This document shows, one piece after another, positions 31,398 to 41,513 of a stretch of 64,000 nt of DNA. Position 1 is the stretch's first letter. Each line of letters begins with the position of its first letter. This DNA comes from Coleofasciculus chthonoplastes F2-STO-03 (lineage in GTDB: Bacteria; Cyanobacteriota; Cyanobacteriia; Cyanobacteriales; Coleofasciculaceae). The position numbers were made by a program, and so were the translations under genes. Under the pieces are notes generated by a model. It was not told the DNA's origin. It saw only the letters and a list, made by a program, of their open reading frames with translations, and made no database searches. Location of the stretch: the NCBI GenBank assembly GCA_040222015.1, contig JAVJWO010000176.1:1-64000 (forward strand), in the 5' to 3' direction.

Positions 31398-32477
31398 TTA
31401 GCTAAAATCTTTCAGAACAAACTGCTCCAAACTCAATTCATTGATTCGATTCCACTGATAAATTTTACGGCGAAACGCTTTCCATTTATCGTATACCTCT
31501 CTAAAGATTATATCTTGACGAGCATTTTCTTCTAAAAGTTCAACACTCACTTGATACGCCGTTTGTAATATCTCGTGGCTGTAGGATTTTAATTGGGTTC
31601 CGCCTTCAACTAACCGTTTCAGCGCCTCCCCATTCGCCGCATCTAAGGCGGCTAACATGGTCAAACTCGTTTCCGTCGCCGCCGCTTGCAAAATTTGCTG
31701 ATAAGCTTTCGGTAACGTTTGCCATTGCTGGCGACTCACGAGAATATCTTCACTCGCGCCCGGTTCCCACCATCCTGGATAATAGTAATAGTGAGCGACA
31801 CGGTGCAGTCCTAGCTTCTCATCATCATGAGGATTTCGCCATTCGGCTGCCTCAATTCTACCTGTCTTTAGTGCCGTCAAAATTTCATCACCGCCTAACA
31901 CAATCACCTGCGCCCCAAAACGGCTAAGAATTTGCGCTCCCCATCCAGGAATGCGAATTTTTAGTCCTTTAAAGTCAGCCGAACGATTTATTTCTTTGTT
32001 GAACCATCCGCCCATTTGGATACCCACAGCACCAGCAGGAAATGCGATAACGCCAAAGTCAGCATAGATCTGATGCATGATCTCTAAACCACCCCCATAA
32101 TATAGCCAAGCATTCTGTTGATATGCCGTTAGTCCAAAGGGAACAGAAATGCTAAAGATTAAGGTGGGATTTTTTTCCAGATAGTAAAGAGCGGTTGTAT
32201 GACCGCACTCAACCGTTCCCGCTTTAACTGCATCAAATACCTGTAATGGGGGAACAATTTCACCCGCCGGATAGGGAATAATCACAAACCGTCCATTCGT
32301 CGCCACCTTCACTCGTTGACAAAGTTCTTCAACCGCGCTAAAGGTAATATCACTTTTGAGCCAACTGGTTGCCATGCGCCATTGAATCGCGGGTTGAGTT
32401 GGTGTAGAAGCATCAGGTACTGTGGTGAACCCTGCTGTTCCTAGCACAGCATTTTTGCAGAAGTTTCGGCGCTTCAT
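31398..32477 (-). CDS. TRAP substrate-binding protein (DctP/TakP-like), Tat signal
   Basis: MKRRNF, WRMATSW, QMGGWFNKEI, GLKIRIPG, YYYPGWWEPG. Confidence 0.9.
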   Translation of the reverse strand: MKRRNFCKNAVLGTAGFTTVPDASTPTQPAIQWRMATSWLKSDITFSAVEELCQRVKVATNGRFVIIPYPAGEIVPPLQVFDAVKAGTVECGHTTALYYLEKNPTLIFSISVPFGLTAYQQNAWLYYGGGLEIMHQIYADFGVIAFPAGAVGIQMGGWFNKEINRSADFKGLKIRIPGWGAQILSRFGAQVIVLGGDEILTALKTGRIEAAEWRNPHDDEKLGLHRVAHYYYYPGWWEPGASEDILVSRQQWQTLPKAYQQILQAAATETSLTMLAALDAANGEALKRLVEGGTQLKSYSHEILQTAYQVSVELLEENARQDIIFREVYDKWKAFRRKIYQWNRINELSLEQFVLKDFS

Positions 32478-32586
32478 CGCTAGAATACCCAATGAGTTTA
32501 AATGGAATGGTACTGACTTAAGAAAAATAGCAAGCACTTTAGCGCTTTAAGCACTAAAGTGCTGACTACAAACTATTCAGCAGTCC

Positions 32587-35500
32587 CTAAATGGATATGA
32601 AAGCGTCTTCAGTCAGCGTTGACGTATCAATTCCATTCAACATGGCTAAGGTTTGGTTGTTGTAACGAATCTCACTCCCTTGGAAGAACAAATCGTTAAA
32701 GGTGACACCGTTAGTTAAACCCAGTTGATCTCCTTGACCTAAACTAAAGTCAGTAATCGTATCCTGGTTTTCCCCAGCCGTCAGGACAAAGGTATCTATC
32801 CCTAAACCGCCTGTCAGGTTATCATTACCGAAACCACCGGAGAGCAGATCATCGCCATCGCCGCCGACGAGTTTGTCTTGACCTTGACCACCGATGAGGG
32901 TATCGTTCCCAGCATCCCCATAGAGTTGGTCATCGCCATCTCCACCATCAAGGGAATCATTACCTAAACCGCCTGTGAGGGTGTCTTGACCTTGACCGCC
33001 TAGGAGGGTATCGCGTCCATCGCCGCCATCGAGGATATCTTCACCGTCGCCACCATCGAGGGAATCGTTACCATTGCCCCCTGTGAGGGTATCGCGGCTG
33101 CTGCCACCGAGTAGGGTATCGCGTCCATTGCCACCATCGAGGATATCTTCACCACTGCCACCATCAAGCAAATCGCTACCGCCACCGCCATCAAGGGTAT
33201 CCCGTCCGTTCCCGCCGATGAGGGTGTCACTACCCCCACCCCCGATTAACTCATCACTACCATTGCCGCCATCGATACTATCATTACCCTGAGCGCCACT
33301 GAGGGTATCATTACCGTTATTGCCGTTGATGCGATCGTTCCCTGGAGTGCCGTTGATGGTATCGCTATTGTTGCCCCCCTCAAAGTTATCGCCCACTTCA
33401 ATCGTCACGGTGGCAGTATCGGTTGCACCCTGAGTATCAGTAATCATGTAGTCGAAGCTGGCTGTGCCAGTGAAGCCGGAGTCAGGGGTGAATGTGACTC
33501 GACCGTTATCCTCGGTGAGTGTGCCGTTGGTGATATTGCTGATATTGGTCAGACTCAGGGTATCCCCGTCATCTACATCTGAGTCGTTGTTGAGGGGACG
33601 CAGGCTGATGGGGGTATCTTTAAAGGCAGTACGTCGGTCATTTTTGGCAACAGGGGCATCATTGATGCCTGTGACCATAACGCTAACGGTGGCGGTATCA
33701 GTGCCGCCATTCCCATCATTCACGGTATAGATGAAACTATCGGTTGTGGTTGTACCTGCATACAGGAAGTCTAGGTTCCCTGTCGGGTCATAGGTGAAGG
33801 TGCCATCACCGTTATCGGTGATATTGGCGAGGGTGTTGCTGGTGTCAATACTGGTGAGGGTTAGGGTATCCCCGTTGGGGTCTGAGTCATTAACGAGAAC
33901 ATTGCTGATCAGGATGGGGGTTTCTTCATCGGTTGTGCCGCCGTTGTCGTCGGTAGCAATAGGAGCATCGTTGACACCGTTAATCGTAATATTTACTGTG
34001 GCGGTATCGGTGCCACCATTCCCATCACTGATGGTGTAGGTAAAGCTATCGGTATCGCTATCACCAACGGGTAAGGCGTCGAACTGTCCGTTGGGGTTGT
34101 AATCAAAGCTGCCGTCGGAGTTGAGGGTGAGGAGTGCGCCGGAGGTGAGGGTGATTTCAGTATCCACATCAGCGGCATTGCCGTTGACTTCAGTGATAGT
34201 CAGGGGGTCGCCATCGGGGTCAGAGTCGGCTCCGTTGCCATTATCAGCCAAGACACTGCCACTCAGGAGAGTGTCTTCACTCGTGGCAACGTCGTCATCG
34301 GTGGCAACGGGGGAACTTGCTTCTCGCTGGACTTCAAAGGCTCCAATGTCTACGGCACTCCCAAAAACGCGATCAAACCCATCGCCGCGCTGGTCAAAAG
34401 TCAGATTATTGGGATTACTACCTGCATCAATGGCAGCGGAACCCGCTTGCAGGGCATGGGTTTGGGTGGGACCGCCATTGTCAGCGAGGGGGTCGAGTCC
34501 AGGGTCAGTAATGCCAGTGATGTCACCACTTTGGTTGAATGCGGCTGTCGCATTACCATCCCCGATCAGGTTATGAGCACCACTGGTAAAGGAGTTGGTA
34601 TCCCCATCGACGAAATCGACATCACTATTAATGTTGCCTGATACAATGCTAGAGGTGATAGTCGTTTGTGTGAACGTACTCCCGTCGCTGGCAATGCCAC
34701 TGCCGTAGCCATCTGGGGCAGTGTTCAGGGTAATGGTACTGTTGCTGACGATCAACGGTCCATCATCATTAAAGATGCCACCCCCGTAACCGTCAGTTGA
34801 GTTGCCCGATATCGTACTGTTGGCGATAGTCGCTGGTTCGGTAGACTTACTAGAGTTGACATAGATACCGCCGCCGTCGCCGTTAATAACAGAGTTGCCC
34901 GAGACGGTGCTGTTGCTCAAGGAAAATGCTATACCGTAGCTGTAGATACCGCCGCCGTCACCGTCAAGCGCAGAGTTACCTGAGATAGTGCTGTCGCTCA
35001 CGAACAATGTACCGTACTCGTTGTGGATACCACCACCATCGTCAGCCGAGTTACCCGAAACAGTGCTGTTAGTGACCGTTAAGGTATCCTCGAACCCGAC
35101 GTAGAAGCCGCCACCAAAGAATCCAGCCGAGTTACCCGATACGATGCTATTGCTCACGGTCGCTGTACCGCCGACGACGGCGATACCGCCACCATCACCC
35201 AATTCAGCCGAGTTATCCGAGATGGTGCTGTCGCTCACGGTCAATGTCAATGTACCGTCGCTATAGATGCCGCCGCCGCTATCTGTAGCCGAGTTACCTG
35301 AGATAGTGCTATTATCCACGGTCAATGTATCGTCGTTGTAGATACCGCCACCATTGTCTGTAGCAAAGTTATCTGAAATGATGCTATTGCTGACGGTCAA
35401 TGTATCGTTGTTGTAGATACCGCCACCATTGTTAGCAGAGTTACCCGAGACAGTACTGTCACTCACGGTCAATGTACTGAAGTTGTAGATACCGCCGCCA

Positions 35501-36774
35501 TTGTCTGTAGCCGAGTTACCAGAAATGTTACTGTTGCTGACAGTCAATGTATCGTCGTTGTAGATACCGCCGCCATATCTTCTAGCCGAGTTACCAGAAA
35601 TGGTACTGTCGTCAACAGACAATGAGCCGCCCCCGTGATCGATGCCGCCGCCATCGAATTCAGCCGAGTTACCAGAAATGGTACTGTTGGTCACGGAGAA
35701 ACTACCCTCGTTGTAGATGCCGCCGCCATCGAATTCAACAGAGTTGTTAGAAATGGTACTGTTGGTCACGGTGGTTAAACCGTCTTCATTGTAGATACCG
35801 CCACCATTGTTAGCAGAGTTGCCTGAGATGGTGCTGTCGCTTACAGACAATGTACCGTTGTTGTAGATGCCACCACCACCATCTTCCGCAGCGTTGTCCG
35901 AGATGTTGCTGTTAGTTACGACAGCAGCGCCTCCTCCCTCGATGCGAATGCCACCACCATCGTCGTTGGAAGACGTTCCCACTGCGTTGCCTCCGGTTAG
36001 GGTCACGCCATCTAAGACTAGGGTGCCTGCGTTTAAGACATGCAGTACTCGTTCAATGGAGGCGGCATCAATGATGGTCGTTTCAGCCCCCGCCCCCTGA
36101 ATAATAATTGAGCTGGTAATGTCGAGGTCGCCGTCTAGGGCAGCATCCTCGTTTGTACCAGCAAGGTCGAGGGTATAAGTTCCAGCAGAGAGAATAATCG
36201 TATCAGTCCCAGACCCCATCTCTCCCAGGTCTGTCATGCCATCGCTATTAGCCGCAATGATGGCTTCCCGCAGGGTAACCAGTCCGTCACCGCTGGTTAA
36301 GTTGTCAGCAGTGCTATTCACCGCGATCGTGTTGTTAGACGCAAAAATATCCACAACATCGATCGCAATATCATATACACCTGTACCTTCCTCACTGCCA
36401 CTTCCTTCCACGCTTGGATTATATGCATCGTTACCAAAACTACTCACCCCCACGTAGTAGGTGCCAGTAGACGGCGCTAAAAAGCTGAGTGCAGAGTCAG
36501 TTCCATCAGCATCGTCGTTAGCTGCCAATTCAGTGCCACTGTCATCAAACAACCGCAGGTAGGAATCGAGAGTAGACCCATTCACCTGTGCATCAATATC
36601 GGCAGTGATAAAGTTTCCAGCGTTGACCTGAAGCTCGAACAAGTCAATATCTAAGCCCGGTGCAATGTTGGAATTATCGCCAATCGAGCCATTAAAAAAA
36701 GCGGTTCCAATGCCATTGATGCCCGTCTCAGTCGCTTCAAGTAGGATATCGTTGGGTTCATTGAATGTTGCCAT
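32587..36774 (-). CDS. Large Ca-binding RTX-type surface protein (PPC-like, CSLREA, GGGI beta-helix, choice-of-anchor Q, Ig-like, RTX repeats)
   Basis: [10 protein letters not shown], repeated [26 protein letters not shown], GGxGxDxL nonapeptides, no Sec signal. Confidence 0.9.
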   Translation of the reverse strand: MATFNEPNDILLEATETGINGIGTAFFNGSIGDNSNIAPGLDIDLFELQVNAGNFITADIDAQVNGSTLDSYLRLFDDSGTELAANDDADGTDSALSFLAPSTGTYYVGVSSFGNDAYNPSVEGSGSEEGTGVYDIAIDVVDIFASNNTIAVNSTADNLTSGDGLVTLREAIIAANSDGMTDLGEMGSGTDTIILSAGTYTLDLAGTNEDAALDGDLDITSSIIIQGAGAETTIIDAASIERVLHVLNAGTLVLDGVTLTGGNAVGTSSNDDGGGIRIEGGGAAVVTNSNISDNAAEDGGGGIYNNGTLSVSDSTISGNSANNGGGIYNEDGLTTVTNSTISNNSVEFDGGGIYNEGSFSVTNSTISGNSAEFDGGGIDHGGGSLSVDDSTISGNSARRYGGGIYNDDTLTVSNSNISGNSATDNGGGIYNFSTLTVSDSTVSGNSANNGGGIYNNDTLTVSNSIISDNFATDNGGGIYNDDTLTVDNSTISGNSATDSGGGIYSDGTLTLTVSDSTISDNSAELGDGGGIAVVGGTATVSNSIVSGNSAGFFGGGFYVGFEDTLTVTNSTVSGNSADDGGGIHNEYGTLFVSDSTISGNSALDGDGGGIYSYGIAFSLSNSTVSGNSVINGDGGGIYVNSSKSTEPATIANSTISGNSTDGYGGGIFNDDGPLIVSNSTITLNTAPDGYGSGIASDGSTFTQTTITSSIVSGNINSDVDFVDGDTNSFTSGAHNLIGDGNATAAFNQSGDITGITDPGLDPLADNGGPTQTHALQAGSAAIDAGSNPNNLTFDQRGDGFDRVFGSAVDIGAFEVQREASSPVATDDDVATSEDTLLSGSVLADNGNGADSDPDGDPLTITEVNGNAADVDTEITLTSGALLTLNSDGSFDYNPNGQFDALPVGDSDTDSFTYTISDGNGGTDTATVNITINGVNDAPIATDDNGGTTDEETPILISNVLVNDSDPNGDTLTLTSIDTSNTLANITDNGDGTFTYDPTGNLDFLYAGTTTTDSFIYTVNDGNGGTDTATVSVMVTGINDAPVAKNDRRTAFKDTPISLRPLNNDSDVDDGDTLSLTNISNITNGTLTEDNGRVTFTPDSGFTGTASFDYMITDTQGATDTATVTIEVGDNFEGGNNSDTINGTPGNDRINGNNGNDTLSGAQGNDSIDGGNGSDELIGGGGSDTLIGGNGRDTLDGGGGSDLLDGGSGEDILDGGNGRDTLLGGSSRDTLTGGNGNDSLDGGDGEDILDGGDGRDTLLGGQGQDTLTGGLGNDSLDGGDGDDQLYGDAGNDTLIGGQGQDKLVGGDGDDLLSGGFGNDNLTGGLGIDTFVLTAGENQDTITDFSLGQGDQLGLTNGVTFNDLFFQGSEIRYNNQTLAMLNGIDTSTLTEDAFISI

Positions 36775-37502
36775 GGGTTTAATTCTCCAAAATTGTGTAT
36801 AAATTGCAGGTCATGCTGAATGACCGTCGGGCTAAGTTCAGCAAAAATTAATCTCATTGATGAAGACTATCGGACTGTCTTGGTCATCAAGATTAGGGGG
36901 TGTTTTTGAACTTTTGGAAGTTGAATCACCCAGCAGAAACTAGCAGCGTCTAAGCCGCTCTAAGTAGGTGGACACAATTAAAGTTAACGATTGAGATTAG
37001 GGAACCGGGAACAGTAAAGAATGTTAAAACCTGTCTTGGTACTGTGATAAAGACTGGCAGACTGAGTAAGTCAACATGAAAAATTTGTTAATTAATCTTT
37101 GTTGATGAATAAACCCTAACAAAAAGGAGAATGCAGAAATGATGAGTTTAATGAAGATTCTGTAAAGTTATTCGGAGGCGTTTATGAAGTTTTGGTAAAG
37201 ATAATCGCCGATTATCGATCCATTACTGGCAAATAATAAATGGCAACTCAACTAAGGGTTAATTAACGAATTTATATGTATTGATCAAATGACTTAAGTA
37301 TGTATTTAATACAAGTTAGCCGAGTTTTGATAAAAGTTCGCTTTTGTTCTCCTTTTATATATATAGCGTTTACATTGGAGATGTAAAATCGGGGTTGAGT
37401 GCAAAAAGGAACGGGGAACACCTCGACTTCGCCCGGTGTGTCACAGGCAACAGGCAACAGGGGAATGTCCTAACGTATCGCCGTAGTGCTATACCTATAG
37501 GT

Positions 37503-37716
37503 CAGCCGGGAAATAAATTTCCGGCTGATAGCTAAAGTCAGCTAAAGCTGACTAGACGTTTTAAGCCGTTTTAACGGGTTTTATAGCAATAGACACATCG
37601 ATTAGGACGTTCGGCACCATTGTAGAGACGCGCCATGGCGCGTCTCTACATAAATGATGTGTCCTAACAGCCATGGCGGTTGCTATAGCTTGGGTTCCGG
37701 AACTTGAATTCACGGC
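37503..37716. repeat. Multi-hairpin repeat element interrupted by a MITE
   Basis: CAGCCGG..CCGGCTG, AGTCAGCTAAAGCTGACT, AAGCCGTTTTAACGGGTT, CCGGAACTTGAATTCACGG hairpins. Confidence 0.6.
37584..37685. mobile_element. 102-bp MITE-like element with TA target duplication carrying a 30-bp perfect palindrome
   Basis: TA|TAGCAAT..TTAGGAC ... GTCCTAA..TTGCTA|TA; palindrome 37621-37650. Confidence 0.75.
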
Positions 37717-38811
37717 TTAGTGCTGCTGATACTTTTGCCCATCAGGTACATCTGCCAAGGCTGCATCAGGCAAAACATAGGATGTGGCAATCAATTGTTC
37801 ATCCCAATCGATAATCTCAGGAAACCGAATCTCTGGTAACACCTGAACCGCAAAAATTTCCTGCACCGCCTCTTCAAACTTTAAAAACGCCACAGTTTGC
37901 CCTGTCTCAATATTCACCACCCAAACTCCACAGATGCGTTCCTCTAACCTTTCAGTCAACGGAATACCACTAAATACTGCCGTCTCCCGCACTTGGGAAA
38001 GACCAATAAACGCCAAGGAACCCCAGAAGTCTATACCCCGGGTAAAGCCAGGAAGCTGAGTCACTGTCTCACTTTTTCCAGATGCCAAATCAACGGTTGC
38101 TAGAGAACCATTCCCTGATTCCAATACCCAGAGACGATTTTGATACCAACGGGGTGAGTGAGGCATTGATAATCCCTGGACAATCACCTGATTTGTCTCT
38201 ACATCCATCAATACGCCACCATAAGCCTTATTTTCTCGCCAGCCGCCTCGACTATCGGTTGTCCCCAATGCGGTGACGTACTTGGGGTAATTATTTACCA
38301 TACCTAAACCATTGAGATGACAACGGTCTTCTGGTGATAAAGCGCTGATAAAATGGGGTCGCCAACGGGGAACAAAGCTGTGGTCAAAGTCTAGAGTACA
38401 TAGACAAGAAAAACGGGTATTAATAAACCAGAGTTCTTGTTGAGCCCATGCCATTTCATGGATATCAATATCCCCAGTAACATGAGAATTGCGGGGCAGA
38501 TAGCAAGCGTCGTGTTTCCCGATAGGTTCTAATTTCTGAGCAACGGCTGGCACATTGCGGAGTTCACAAACTTGGTTGGCTGTACCAATGGCAATTCTAC
38601 CTCGGTCAGCCGCTAAACCCATGGGTTTTTGGAAGATGCGGAAGTGAGTATTGATATGTTCTCCATCAGCACGGAGGACGATTAACTTACCTGCTTGGTA
38701 AGTGGAAACCACTAAGGAAATTCCCAGTTGGTTGAGGATTTGGGGGAAGTTCGTGGTATGGACACTCCGCATTGGGTCATCCTTTGGGGGGTGCTGGGGA
38801 GAGTGCATCAT
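37717..38811 (-). CDS. TIGR03032/DUF4915 family protein
   Basis: STYQAGK, TGDIDIHE, NTRFSCLC, EDRCHLNG, MPHSPR motifs. Confidence 0.9.
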   Translation of the reverse strand: MMHSPQHPPKDDPMRSVHTTNFPQILNQLGISLVVSTYQAGKLIVLRADGEHINTHFRIFQKPMGLAADRGRIAIGTANQVCELRNVPAVAQKLEPIGKHDACYLPRNSHVTGDIDIHEMAWAQQELWFINTRFSCLCTLDFDHSFVPRWRPHFISALSPEDRCHLNGLGMVNNYPKYVTALGTTDSRGGWRENKAYGGVLMDVETNQVIVQGLSMPHSPRWYQNRLWVLESGNGSLATVDLASGKSETVTQLPGFTRGIDFWGSLAFIGLSQVRETAVFSGIPLTERLEERICGVWVVNIETGQTVAFLKFEEAVQEIFAVQVLPEIRFPEIIDWDEQLIATSYVLPDAALADVPDGQKYQQH

Positions 38812-38836
38812 TTGTTATTTGTTATTTGTTATTTGT
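38811..38836. repeat. Heptamer repeat (TTTGTTA)n abutting the start codon
   Basis: About 3.5 copies. Confidence 0.8.
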
Positions 38837-39045
38837 AATGTGACCAATCCTAACTTATAATAGTCCAAAGGTGACTATCACAACGCAATTACCTGTGACG
38901 ACGACTTATTTGCCGTCTGGTCGTTTGGTAAAGATGATGGTGATATCGATAAGTAGAGACCGTCCATGTTTGGTCTCTACATAAATGATGTGTCCTAACA
39001 GCTATGGCGGTTGCTATAACTCTAATCCATCAAATAGGGAAAATA

Positions 39046-40095
39046 TCATAACATTTTCATTACAGCATCAACCAATAAATCAGCGCCAAACCGCACCACA
39101 TCCGTACAAGGTAAACCCGTCTCATCCTGAACCTGCGCGATCGCGTCTCGTGCTTCCCTTTCTGTCAAATGCCCGGTATTCAAAGCAATGGCTACGACTG
39201 GCACCGATGCAAACGCCCCTCCCACCCTCGCCACAGTTTCATACAATTGAATCACCTCCGTTAACGGTGGAATCAGTACATCCCGGCAATGGCAAATCTG
39301 TTTTTGTCCAGCGCGATGAACTAACACTAATCCTGTCGGTTGTGTGCCTCGAATTAGGGGTAAGGTGGCTGTAGAACCTGGATGAATTAGTGAACCCTGT
39401 CCTTCTATGATTAACAACTCATAATCCTTACCAAATTTCATCACTATTTGTTCAACCGCACCCGCCGCAAAATCAACCCGAATCGCATCTAAAGGAATAC
39501 CATCTCCAGCAATCATTAACCCCGCTTGACCCGTTGCCAAAAACTTAGACTTGATTCCCTTTCGACAAGCGGCGCGATGGAACTCAATACTGGTAGACAT
39601 TTTGCCCACACTCATATCCGTGCCAACTGTTAAAATCCGTTGACAAGACAGCGATCGCGCTTGGGCTTTGCCTATCCCTAAATCCTGGGGTTCCTGACGA
39701 ATATCCCAAATTTGTTGATTCGGTTGAAGTAATTTCTGTAACTCTGGATCAGATGCCATTGGCGTATGCAAGCCGTTATAAACTGAAAGTCCAGCCGCGA
39801 TTCCCTGCTTAACTTCTTGCCACCAAACCTCTGGCAACCGTCCCCCCGATGGGGCAATTCCAATCGCTAAAATCGTGGGATTGTAGGCGAGGGCGGAACT
39901 GACTGAATCCACAATTGGCGCATTACAGTTAATTCCCGTTAAGTCCGATAACGACTCTCCCGCACAGTCTTGATCAATCACCGCCACCACTGTTGCTTCT
40001 GTATACCGTAGCAGCGTTAATCCGGTTTTCCCCTGATCGCCGCGAATCCCTTCATGTAATAAAATAGCGACGCGCTGATCACTTGTCAGATACAT
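39046..40095 (-). CDS. DUF1611 family P-loop protein
   Basis: GKTG, VGTDMSVGKM, ATGQAG, IEGQGS; overlaps epimerase gene. Confidence 0.9.
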   Translation of the reverse strand: MYLTSDQRVAILLHEGIRGDQGKTGLTLLRYTEATVVAVIDQDCAGESLSDLTGINCNAPIVDSVSSALAYNPTILAIGIAPSGGRLPEVWWQEVKQGIAAGLSVYNGLHTPMASDPELQKLLQPNQQIWDIRQEPQDLGIGKAQARSLSCQRILTVGTDMSVGKMSTSIEFHRAACRKGIKSKFLATGQAGLMIAGDGIPLDAIRVDFAAGAVEQIVMKFGKDYELLIIEGQGSLIHPGSTATLPLIRGTQPTGLVLVHRAGQKQICHCRDVLIPPLTEVIQLYETVARVGGAFASVPVVAIALNTGHLTEREARDAIAQVQDETGLPCTDVVRFGADLLVDAVMKML

Positions 40096-41152
40096 GGCGT
40101 TGCACTCCCAATCCTGATAAATTATTTGGTATCAATCGTCCATCTTGCATCGTCGCCCCGGTGAAGGGATCGTCGGCTAAGTTCAAATGGCTGTCTAAAT
40201 CCAGATAATCGGCGAAAGAGGATAAGTGAGAGGCGGCGGTATTGGCAAGGGTGCTATCAGAATAGCAGCCATACATCACTTGTAATCCGCAGGCTTTGGC
40301 AGTATGTACCATCCGCAAGGCTTCCGTTAATCCACCAGATTTCATCAATTTGATATTAATCCCATGAACGCAATTCGCCAGAGGCGGAATATCCTGACTG
40401 GTAAAGCAGCTTTCATCAACGAAAATAGGTAGAGGCGATCGCGAATACAGGTGAGGCAAATCCGCCTCTTGTCCGGCTCTAAGGGGTTGTTCAATGTATT
40501 TGACGCCCTGTTGGGCTAACCAGTCACACATTTTCACAGCGTCGTCTACACGCCAACCGCCATTCGCATCAACGGTTAGTTGGGCTTGGGGGGCGACATC
40601 TCGGATAGCTAATAGCATTTCGCGATCGGCTTCAATTCCGTCAGGGGAACCGAGTTTAATTTTAATCACACTGCCCCCCGTAATCGGTATCCAATCTCGC
40701 ACTCGTTGTTTTGCGGCTTCAGGTGTGCCAATTCCTACCGTGGCGGAAATTGGCACAATTCGATGGCGATTGCATCCCCACAATTTCCATAAGGGAACAC
40801 CTAGGTGTTTTCCTAACCAATCCTGTAATGCGATATCAATCGCCGCCCTAGCCGCCGATGGTACATCCGCATCTGCCAAGACTCGTTCAATTTTCTGGCG
40901 TTCCCAGGGGGTATAGGTTTCTAATGTCGGTATGACTAACTCCAGTGCATCCAACAACATCTGAGTCGTTTGGGGAGTTTTAGTTAAGGGATGGGATGGA
41001 GTCGCGATCGCAAAGGGAGAGGCTTCGCCCCAACCTTCAATCCCCTGATGTTCTAGCCGCACCCAGATATTGGTGCTTTGGGAGGTTGTGCCACGACTAA
41101 TCGTTAAGGGGAATCGCTTGTGAACAGTAAAAGGTTCCAGGCTAAAACGCAT
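40079..41152 (-). CDS. Dipeptide (L-Ala-D/L-Glu) epimerase, enolase superfamily
   Basis: KIKLG, VDANGGW, EQP, DES, INIKLMKSGG, DLD. Confidence 0.92.
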   Translation of the reverse strand: MRFSLEPFTVHKRFPLTISRGTTSQSTNIWVRLEHQGIEGWGEASPFAIATPSHPLTKTPQTTQMLLDALELVIPTLETYTPWERQKIERVLADADVPSAARAAIDIALQDWLGKHLGVPLWKLWGCNRHRIVPISATVGIGTPEAAKQRVRDWIPITGGSVIKIKLGSPDGIEADREMLLAIRDVAPQAQLTVDANGGWRVDDAVKMCDWLAQQGVKYIEQPLRAGQEADLPHLYSRSPLPIFVDESCFTSQDIPPLANCVHGINIKLMKSGGLTEALRMVHTAKACGLQVMYGCYSDSTLANTAASHLSSFADYLDLDSHLNLADDPFTGATMQDGRLIPNNLSGLGVQRHVSDK

Positions 41153-41246
41153 AATCCAAGGGTGGTTTGTTACACAGTAAGCCCATATTAGATTGAATAG
41201 CACTGAAAAGCGTGCATTTTGGGAGCGCCTCCACCATTGATATACC

Positions 41247-41482
41247 GTAGGGTGGGCATTGCCCACCAACATACGAGTCAGTGACATTTATATTAAGCTA
41301 TGGTACTGGAATTGGCTGATTCCAACCCGAAGCTGATGTGGTAACTATCTTCAAGCTTAGCTTGACAGCGCTTCAGGTAAATCTGTAGGGTGCGTTAGTG
41401 AAGCGTAACGCACCACTCACCGTTAAAGACTTTAGTGGAATAGATTTTACGGTTAAATCGGGCGCAAGCCTTGCGCCCCTAC
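41247..41482. repeat. Three GTAG/CTAC REP-like hairpins
   Basis: GTAGGGTGGGCATTGCCCACC 41247, GTAGGGTGCGTTAGTGAAGCGTAACGCACC 41385, GGGCGCAAGCCTTGCGCCCCTAC 41460. Confidence 0.8.
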
Positions 41483-41513
41483 ATTTGGGTGTACCTTAAA
41501 CACTGGAGAACCG

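Noticed and set aside
33000..36457. Alternative-frame and antisense ORFs in the RTX gene (likewise in pentapeptide genes)
   Set aside because: Expected from repetitive coding sequence
36781..36900. c-di-GMP riboswitch before the adhesin
   Set aside because: An imperfect hairpin exists but conserved riboswitch motifs are not recognisable
41153..41287. N-terminal extension of the epimerase
   Set aside because: Reads through a REP (VGNAHPT); similarity starts at ATG 41152
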